From Patescibacteria group bacterium (GTDB taxonomy: Bacteria; Patescibacteriota; Minisyncoccia; JAHISW01; Tagabacteraceae), in NCBI GenBank assembly GCA_042577045.1, contig JBHPEK010000003.1:1-57171 (forward strand): 57,171 nt of DNA. The letters run 5' to 3'. Under the pieces are notes generated by a model. It saw only the letters and a program-made list of their open reading frames with translations, did no database searches and was not told where the DNA came from. Both the position numbers and the translations under genes were made by a program. Positions 50,612 to 57,171 of the stretch are shown here, piece by piece (position 1 is the first letter of the stretch; every line of letters starts with the position of its first letter).

Positions 50612-51313
50612 CTACTCTAAAAAACATATCTCTGAATCAAAATTTTCTTGAGCCCTCATGCTCCAATGTTTAATCTCATTTAAAAAATCCTTGGGTTTAG
50701 AATGATAAGTTCCTCCAAATCCATCATCAATAAATTTTCTAATTAAAGGATTTACAATGCCCGATTTAGTAAATATTCCAAGGCTTGACCATTGATACTC
50801 TTTAAGAAAATTTTTGGCGTTTGTCCAGTCCATAATCTCTCCTTCCCTCCATCCTAAATCAAAAAGGTCAAGCGCATTTCCATGAATATATGTCATAATA
50901 TGACTTGCTTGATTATCAAAAAGCATTGGCACCCCCTTAAAACGACCTTGAAAGAGACAACCTTTGCGATTATATTTTGTATTAAAATATTTAGCAAAAC
51001 TATTACATGTGCGTTGCATAACACGCGATATACCGTTTTCTTCTAGCTGTTCGACTAAAACATGGAAATGATCCGGCATCAGTATTAGAGCATAAAATTT
51101 AACCAACGGCTTTCCGTTGTTTAATATTTCACCCATGCGAACTGTAAATAAATCTCGACGCCAATTAACAGGTAATTGGGCAGTAGTGTTTACGGCAAAA
51201 AGTGTTTTCAGAAAATAAACACAATCTTGTTCCTTTATAAAAATTTTCTTACCCTCTACGGAACGATTACAAAGATGATAAATTTCATTGTTAACAAGTT
51301 CAAATTTTCGCAT
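50612..51313 (-). CDS. Y1 HUH transposase, IS200/RAYT-like, second divergent copy
   Basis: It has YHLCNRS, the HUH motif MPDHFHVLV, GCLFQGRFK and TYIHGNAL. It is collinear with the 20369-21025 protein. Confidence 0.75.
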   Translation of the reverse strand: MRKFELVNNEIYHLCNRSVEGKKIFIKEQDCVYFLKTLFAVNTTAQLPVNWRRDLFTVRMGEILNNGKPLVKFYALILMPDHFHVLVEQLEENGISRVMQRTCNSFAKYFNTKYNRKGCLFQGRFKGVPMLFDNQASHIMTYIHGNALDLFDLGWREGEIMDWTNAKNFLKEYQWSSLGIFTKSGIVNPLIRKFIDDGFGGTYHSKPKDFLNEIKHWSMRAQENFDSEICFLE

Positions 51314-51342
51314 ATCCTACATTATAGCCAAAATTCTAATTT

Positions 51343-51377
51343 TTGTGAACACCGGGAGTAACACCGGGAGTTATCAT
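51343..51377. repeat. 35-nt direct repeat, right copy
   Basis: See 50574-50608. Confidence 0.9.
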
Positions 51378-51386
51378 GGGGTTAAA

Positions 51387-52376
51387 CTAAAACGTGTTAA
51401 GTTTTTCTTTAACTAAGTTCCACATTTCTGGATGTCCTTGTTCTTTTAAGAAGAACCACCACTCAGCGCCCCAGAAATAAAAAGTATCAAAACCAGTCCC
51501 TTCTATATATTCCATCAACTCACCAAATCTTTCGGGTCCAAAAGATGCATATTGAGTCTCTAAATCTGCATCTTTCACCACCCCGTCAATCCAAGGCTCT
51601 GCTTGGAGCTCTGCAACAAAGACTGGTTTTTCGCCATAAAACATTTTCACCACAGACTGTCTTAGTCTAAAAAATGATGGCGGTAATGGATAAGTCCACT
51701 CACCAATAAACCTAGTCTGGACATGCCTATACAAAGTAGAGCCAAAAATATCTCCTCTTTTATAAGCTCTGAACCAGTCACCAAACTCTCCTCCGTCAGT
51801 AACAATAATCGGCTTGTCAGAAATTGAACGAACTAATTCAATTTCTTCGTCTAAAAGATTTCCATCTGCCTTGGGACAAATTCCAAATTTTAAAAAGGGT
51901 TCGTTCTCTACCTGCCACGCCCAAACCACCTGGTTGTCATCATACCTCTCCACTGTCGTCTTTATATAGTTTAAAAGTCTTTGATTATTGTATCTTGTAT
52001 CTTGGTTATTTATTATCCATTCGGGCTCATGACACTCTGGCCAACGAGGAACCTTTCTGCCAATTGCCAAAATAACTTTTGCGTTATTTTTATCAGCTGT
52101 TTCTAGCATCCAGTCTAACCAAGAAAAATTAAATTCTCCTTTCATGGGTTCAACCTCTTGCCAATAAACAGGGATTCTTATGTTTTTTATTTTTAAATCT
52201 TCCACGGTAGCATTAAACGACTCCTTCCAATCAACACCAAAATCTTCAGCCATTAACTTAGAAAAAGTTACTCCGAAACTTTTCACCTCCACGGCTGGTG
52301 TCTGCCAAACCAAAAAACAAACCACCACCACCAGAAGGCCCAAGAAAATAAATAAAATTTTTGCTATTTTTTTCAT
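51387..52376 (-). CDS. Clan GH-A (TIM-barrel; GH42/GH5-like) glycoside hydrolase, membrane anchored
   Basis: It has W.EVEP.KGEFNF..LD, then VILAIG...P.W, then WQVENEP, plus an N-terminal TM helix. Confidence 0.65.
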   Translation of the reverse strand: MKKIAKILFIFLGLLVVVVCFLVWQTPAVEVKSFGVTFSKLMAEDFGVDWKESFNATVEDLKIKNIRIPVYWQEVEPMKGEFNFSWLDWMLETADKNNAKVILAIGRKVPRWPECHEPEWIINNQDTRYNNQRLLNYIKTTVERYDDNQVVWAWQVENEPFLKFGICPKADGNLLDEEIELVRSISDKPIIVTDGGEFGDWFRAYKRGDIFGSTLYRHVQTRFIGEWTYPLPPSFFRLRQSVVKMFYGEKPVFVAELQAEPWIDGVVKDADLETQYASFGPERFGELMEYIEGTGFDTFYFWGAEWWFFLKEQGHPEMWNLVKEKLNTF

Positions 52377-52378
52377 TA

Positions 52379-53254
52379 TTAAAAAACCAAAAAGATAATA
52401 CCAGCAGAAATTAAAACAATACCTAGAATCTTTTTTATAATCGTTTTTGGGGCCAAAGATTCTTTAATGACATTTGGAAAAAAGAAGGATACCAAAGAAA
52501 CTATAATAAACACAACTCCATACTGTACCCCTTGCAAAGCATTAACAATAGACACAGATCCCAATTTAATAGAGTAATTTAAAAGAAAAAAGGAGCCAGC
52601 ACCAAGAGTTTTGTTGGCCACAAAGAATAAAAATAATTTTTTTGAATTTCTAAGCTTATTCCCCTTTAATTTTTTTCTAAAAGAATTAGAAAACAGTAAA
52701 AGCAAGGCAGGAAGTATCATACCAATTCTGGTCCAAACAAAACCATTCAAAAACGAACTGTCGAAATAAACCATTTTAAGGAAAAAATAGTTAAGAGCAA
52801 AAAATATTGCTGAAACAAAGACATACGCAGAAAAACTTTTTCCTTTGCCTGCAGAAAGTAAAAAACTTCCCAAAATTAAAAAGGCAAAAGCAACAAACCA
52901 AAAAACTGGAAGTTTTTCATCAAAAAACAAATAAGATAAAAATAAAATAATGATTGGAGAAATACCCCCAATCATGGAGGCTGCTCTTGAAATAGCGCCC
53001 TTCATCATTGATGAATACAAAAAGAAGATAGCAATAAAAAAACTAACTCCAGAAAGCAGAGCAACTAAAGTGGTTTTAAATGACAAGAAAGAAAAATCAA
53101 ACGGCCAAATTAAAAAAGCTACGGAATTTAAAATCCCAATAAAAAAAGTGTAAACCAGTGGACTTCTAGTTTTGTTTGAAACTAAAAACTTATCTACAAC
53201 AACAACAATTGCCGTTAAAAAATATGAAAGTATGGCAAAAAATAACCAAGTCAT
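52379..53254 (-). CDS. EamA/DMT-family transporter (about 10 TM)
   Basis: It has two similar 5-TM halves and is 291 aa. The family call is by hydrophobicity pattern only. Confidence 0.6.
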   Translation of the reverse strand: MTWLFFAILSYFLTAIVVVVDKFLVSNKTRSPLVYTFFIGILNSVAFLIWPFDFSFLSFKTTLVALLSGVSFFIAIFFLYSSMMKGAISRAASMIGGISPIIILFLSYLFFDEKLPVFWFVAFAFLILGSFLLSAGKGKSFSAYVFVSAIFFALNYFFLKMVYFDSSFLNGFVWTRIGMILPALLLLFSNSFRKKLKGNKLRNSKKLFLFFVANKTLGAGSFFLLNYSIKLGSVSIVNALQGVQYGVVFIIVSLVSFFFPNVIKESLAPKTIIKKILGIVLISAGIIFLVF

Positions 53255-53940
53255 GATTTAGAATTTTTTTTACGCCATTCTGCTATTTTTTTGTGATTTC
53301 CAGAAAGTAAAACTTTGGGTGTTCTGTATTTTTTACCATTATGCTCAAAAACTTCTGGACGGGTATAGTGAGGATATTCCAACCAACCACCCCTCTCTTT
53401 TGCAAGCATCAAGTTCCAATGAGATTCTTCTTGAAGAGATTCTAAACGAATAACCCCAGGAACCAACCGAGCTACGCTTGAAACAATAGCCATAGCCGCC
53501 ACTTCACCATCTGTAAGAACATACGGCCCAATAGACATTTCTTCAGCTTTTAATATTTTCTTAACTCGTTCGTCAACTCCTTCATAACGCCCACAAATCA
53601 AAAAAATATCTGTAAACTTGTTCGAATAATTGTGGGCTATTTTTTGATTAAACTGTTTCCCTTTTGCCGATAAAAGAATTGTTTTGTATTTAAAATTTTT
53701 CTTCTTTGTTTTCTTTATCGCACTATTTACCGCTCGAACAATCGGCTCAACTTTCATTACCATTCCAGCGCCACCACCAAACGGCTTTTCATCGGTTCTT
53801 TTGTGTTTATCTTTAGTAAACTTACGAATATCGTAAATTTTTATTTTAATCTTTTTGTTCTTTTGGGCACGCGCCAAAATAGAAACATTAAAATAGCTGT
53901 TCATTGCTTCTGGAAATATGGTAAAAACATGAAAAGTCAT
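53251..53940 (-). CDS. trmD: tRNA (guanine37-N1)-methyltransferase
   Basis: It has FHVFTIFPEAM, FGGGAGMVM, GRYEGVDERV and SIGPYVLTDGE. The start is moved to an internal Met (ORF track 53973). Confidence 0.9.
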   Translation of the reverse strand: MTFHVFTIFPEAMNSYFNVSILARAQKNKKIKIKIYDIRKFTKDKHKRTDEKPFGGGAGMVMKVEPIVRAVNSAIKKTKKKNFKYKTILLSAKGKQFNQKIAHNYSNKFTDIFLICGRYEGVDERVKKILKAEEMSIGPYVLTDGEVAAMAIVSSVARLVPGVIRLESLQEESHWNLMLAKERGGWLEYPHYTRPEVFEHNGKKYRTPKVLLSGNHKKIAEWRKKNSKS

Positions 53941-54012
53941 ACTCTTATTATAACAGAAAACCACCCACGACATAAAGTCGGGGCGGTTTTCTGTTGTTAT
54001 TTATAGATTAAA

Positions 54013-54342
54013 TTATAGCTTCAAATCATCTACAACCTCATCCATGCTCTTTTCTTCTACTGGAGCTGGATTAGGTCTTCCACCTTCTGGCTCTTCAATC
54101 TTCAAATTAACGCGAGCTTGGTTTTTTAATCCAACCACACGAAGAAGACTTCGAATCGCTTTAGCGGTATTTCCATTTCGGCCGATGATTTTACCCATAT
54201 CCACTTGGTCAATCTTTAGAGTTAACAAGACTCCCATTTCGTCAACTGTTCGCTCTACTTTTACAGCGCCAGGCTCATCAACCAATGACTTGACGACATA
54301 CTCAAGAAATTCTGCATCTTTAAACTTTTCTGCCATATTCAC
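54013..54342 (-). CDS. KH-domain RNA-binding protein (YlqC/UPF0109-like)
   Basis: It has a GKIIGRNGNTAKAIRSLL KH core and lies between rpsP and trmD, the conserved position. Confidence 0.85.
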   Translation of the reverse strand: MNMAEKFKDAEFLEYVVKSLVDEPGAVKVERTVDEMGVLLTLKIDQVDMGKIIGRNGNTAKAIRSLLRVVGLKNQARVNLKIEEPEGGRPNPAPVEEKSMDEVVDDLKL

Positions 54343-54418
54343 TTTCTGTTAACCAATAATTGTTCTCTTTTTCTTTTGTCGACCAACCCTAATTATTTAT
54401 CCTTATTATACACAAAAA

Positions 54419-54727
54419 TTAACCCCTGTCAACATCCTCTTTTGATTCTTCTTTCTTTTTGCTCTTTGCGGAAACGTTTAGTTTGCCCCCTTCAACTATC
54501 TTTTCCGAGACCAAAAGATTATGAACTGTGTCAGAAGTTTGTGCTCCTTTAGAAATCCAATATTTAATTCTTTCTGCATTAAGCTGAAAATTATTCTTGC
54601 GAGGATTACAAAAACCTAGTTTTTCTAAATACGCACCGCTTCTTGTTGCTTTTTTAGAATCAACAACAACAACCCTAAATGTAGGGTCGTGCTTTCTTCC
54701 AACTCTTGTCATTCTTATCCTTAACAT
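54419..54727 (-). CDS. rpsP: 30S ribosomal protein S16
   Basis: MLRIRMTRVGRKHDPTFRVVVVDS...G.Y.EKLGFCNP. Confidence 0.93.
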   Translation of the reverse strand: MLRIRMTRVGRKHDPTFRVVVVDSKKATRSGAYLEKLGFCNPRKNNFQLNAERIKYWISKGAQTSDTVHNLLVSEKIVEGGKLNVSAKSKKKEESKEDVDRG

Positions 54728-54763
54728 TGAATTTATTATATATAGAAGTCTAAAATAGTCAAA

Positions 54764-56815
54764 TTAAATGACAACTTCTTTTGCTTTATCTAGTTTTACC
54801 GACAAAAGACGGGAAATACTATCAGAGCCCATAGTAACACCGTACAAGACCCCGGCGATACCCATAATCTCCCTATTGTGTGTAATTAATACTAACTGAG
54901 TCTGCTCGCTGAGTTTCTTTAGCATTTCAGCATACTTTCTAGAATTAGCCTCATCAAGAGCAGCGTCAGTTTCATCCAAAATCAAAAATGGTGGGGGATT
55001 TACCTGAGAAACAGCAAATAACAAAGCAATAGAAGTTAGCGCTCTTTCGCCTCCAGACAACATATCTAGTGAACTAATTCGTTTCCGCGGTAAGCTAACA
55101 AAAATATCTATTCCTTCTTCCGAGGCCAATTCTTCATATTCATCTTCAGTTTTAAACTTTAAGTTTTTAATTTTTAATTCTGCCTTTCCTCCATCAAACA
55201 TTAATTCAAAAAATCTTTGGAACTCATTATTTATTTTCAAAATTCCGCTCTTGAAATCCGCACTTAACCTATTTTCCAACTGCTTAATTAACTCCCTCAA
55301 AGATTCTGCGGATTTTTTTAAGTCAGTCAATTCTGTTACTAAAAACTCATCCCGAGCTTTTATTTCCTCATACTCCCTAATCATCTCCTCTCCAATTCCA
55401 CCACTATCTTCTAGTTTTATTTTTATTCTCTCAATCTCCTTTCTTTCTGTCTCAGCCTCACCTGCCTCAAAATCAACCTCAATTTTCTTTAGCTTAATGT
55501 CTTCTTTAAGTATAGCTTCTGCCTCTTTCTTGTCTTGAAGAAGTCCATTTTTACGAACATTAATTTCTCTTTCCCTACTTTCCTTAATTTGAATAATATT
55601 TTTCAACTCATTTATTTTAATTTCATCCTGATACAAAGTTCTTTCCATACTTGAAAGTTTTTCGCTCTCAGTAGTCAACTGTACCTCTTCTTTTTTAACT
55701 CTTTCAAGTTCCACAATTAGTTTTTTGTGTTTCTTTTTTATTTCAGTCAAAAAGTCTTCCGACCCTGTATCTTTTTTTAAGAATAATTTGGTTTTTTCTT
55801 TAATTTCAAGCAAAATAATCCTTATTTTACCAACCTCTACCTCCTCCAAAGCTTTTTCCAACTCTTCTTCCAGAAAATCTATAAAACTAGCCATTTCTCT
55901 TAAATTAATCTGGGGCTTCTCTTTGGGTTGAGAAAGAATCCCCTCATATCTTCCAATCTCCCTCTCTAACTCATTAATTCTTCCGCTGACAAATACTCTT
56001 TCGTTTTTATCTTTTTTGAGCTTATTTAAAGCTTCTTTTTTTTCTTTAGATTTTGTAGTTGCTTCCTCCAAGATTTTTTTTAACTCAAATTTTTCTTTAG
56101 AGATCTCGCCCAGCTCCTTTTCAAAAAAGGACTCTGCTTTAGAAAAATAAGAAAAACAAAGTTCTTTTAGTTTTTCTTTTAACTCTGTCGCCTGGTATGC
56201 TTTCTTTACCTGCTTTTTTAAGAAATGAATATGTGGATGAATCTCTTTTCTTAAAGATTCTACCTGTGTCATATTTTCTCTCGCTTTAATTAATTTTCTT
56301 TCACCTTCTTCTTTTTTTAATTTATAAATTTTTAAGCCCAGAGAGTTCTCTATAATCTCTCGACGATATTTTGGAGATGAGTTCAAAATGTTGTCTGCTT
56401 CTCCTTGTCTAATAATGTGATGCCTCAACGTACCTGTCCCTTCTCTGCTTAAAAATTCCACCACGTCTTTCAATCGTGATGGGGTATCGTTGATGGAGTA
56501 TTCATTAACACCATCTCTAAAAACTGTGCGAGAGATGTGAACCTCATCATCTACCGATTTCTCAAAAACTAAAGAGACCGACGCTTTACCCATTTTAGAC
56601 GTTGCCGACGAACCATTAAAGATTAGATCTTCACCCCTTTTCCCCCTCAGGGTTTTAATAGACTGCTCTCCCAAAACCCAAGCCATGGCTTCAGCCACAT
56701 TAGACTTTCCAGATCCATTTGGTCCAACAATGGCAGAAACAGACCCCGAAAAACCCAAGATTACTGGCTTAGCAAATGATTTGAAACCGTGAATTTTAAG
56801 ACTTTTTAAGCGCAT
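54764..56815 (-). CDS. smc: SMC-family ATPase, short form (683 aa) without a recognisable hinge
   Basis: The N-terminus is MRLKSLKIHGFKSFA...GPNGSGKSNVAEAMAWVLGEQS. The C-terminus has LSGGERALTSIALLFA and LILDETDAALD. The middle is continuous K/E-rich coiled coil. It follows rnc, the conserved position. Confidence 0.8.
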   Translation of the reverse strand: MRLKSLKIHGFKSFAKPVILGFSGSVSAIVGPNGSGKSNVAEAMAWVLGEQSIKTLRGKRGEDLIFNGSSATSKMGKASVSLVFEKSVDDEVHISRTVFRDGVNEYSINDTPSRLKDVVEFLSREGTGTLRHHIIRQGEADNILNSSPKYRREIIENSLGLKIYKLKKEEGERKLIKARENMTQVESLRKEIHPHIHFLKKQVKKAYQATELKEKLKELCFSYFSKAESFFEKELGEISKEKFELKKILEEATTKSKEKKEALNKLKKDKNERVFVSGRINELEREIGRYEGILSQPKEKPQINLREMASFIDFLEEELEKALEEVEVGKIRIILLEIKEKTKLFLKKDTGSEDFLTEIKKKHKKLIVELERVKKEEVQLTTESEKLSSMERTLYQDEIKINELKNIIQIKESREREINVRKNGLLQDKKEAEAILKEDIKLKKIEVDFEAGEAETERKEIERIKIKLEDSGGIGEEMIREYEEIKARDEFLVTELTDLKKSAESLRELIKQLENRLSADFKSGILKINNEFQRFFELMFDGGKAELKIKNLKFKTEDEYEELASEEGIDIFVSLPRKRISSLDMLSGGERALTSIALLFAVSQVNPPPFLILDETDAALDEANSRKYAEMLKKLSEQTQLVLITHNREIMGIAGVLYGVTMGSDSISRLLSVKLDKAKEVVI

Positions 56816-56816
56816 C

Positions 56817-57171
56817 TTATTCTTCCCAGCCTTTCTTTTTTAGGGCATTTTCAGCGGCATTCATCTGAGCTTCTTGTTTGGACAAACCCTCTCCTGTGGC
56901 AATCAGCTCTTTTTCCAAATAAACACCTATTTCAAAATATTTTTTGTGGTCTGGCCCCGTCTCCTTTAAAACTTCATAGCTCGGTGTAATTCCGGTTGTC
57001 TCCTGAGCTCTTTCCTGAAATAGACTTTTGGCATCACACCACAGTTTATTATCCAAAACATCCTGCACATTAGAAGAAATATTTTTTAAAATAAAACTAT
57101 CTGCTTGTTCATACCCTTGGTCTAAATAAATTGCACCAATTACAGCTTCCACTGCATTGGCAAGAATTAGG
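56817..57171 (-). CDS. rnc: Ribonuclease III, C-terminal part (5' end beyond the window)
   Basis: The frame stays open to the window edge (..LILANAVEAVIGAIYLDQG). The C-terminal dsRBD has ..GPDHKK.F.....G.G.SK.EA...AA..AL. Confidence 0.85.
   Translation of the reverse strand, partial: LILANAVEAVIGAIYLDQGYEQADSFILKNISSNVQDVLDNKLWCDAKSLFQERAQETTGITPSYEVLKETGPDHKKYFEIGVYLEKELIATGEGLSKQEAQMNAAENALKKKGWEE

Overview
AT-rich bacterial window with every gene on the minus strand. The content looks most like a Candidate Phyla Radiation / Patescibacteria (Parcubacteria-like) genome; that assignment is an inference, and no searches were run. Housekeeping genes recognised by eye: rpoB-rpoC, secD-secF, an FtsW/RodA homologue, rplJ-rplL, rpsP-KH-trmD, rnc-smc, and a 16S-tRNAIle unit separate from a 23S-5S unit. 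About 26 kb of protein-coding DNA separates the 16S-tRNAIle unit from the 23S-5S unit. The 23S carries a 373-nt ORF-less insertion exactly at E. coli site L1931, with group-I-like boundaries. The 16S carries a ~117-nt stem-closed insertion. After helix 45 the 16S shows no CCUCC anti-Shine-Dalgarno, although at least 7 genes here have textbook AGGAGG sites. The dominant feature is an intact 13.7-kb ORF (4,582 aa). It reads as an N-terminal HTH, one TM helix, about 43 tail-fibre-like GNVGIGTTSP repeats, an internal S74-type intramolecular-chaperone domain and a DUF5011-like Ig domain. The repeats are encoded by a near-invariant GC-rich DNA motif, and the gene contains 141-, 189- and 335-nt near-identical internal duplications. 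A small heptad-repeat protein, a four-helix-bundle (Avd/IVS-family) protein and a Zn-ribbon/HTH plus PD-(D/E)xK nuclease follow it. Two Y1 (IS200/RAYT-like) transposase genes are present. One is flanked by inverted REP-type palindromes and also has a REP embedded in frame inside it. The other is bracketed by identical 35-nt direct repeats. Other GC-rich palindromes also sit inside coding regions (the rpoC 3' end and the giant gene). All RNA boundaries and domain calls are by-eye estimates.
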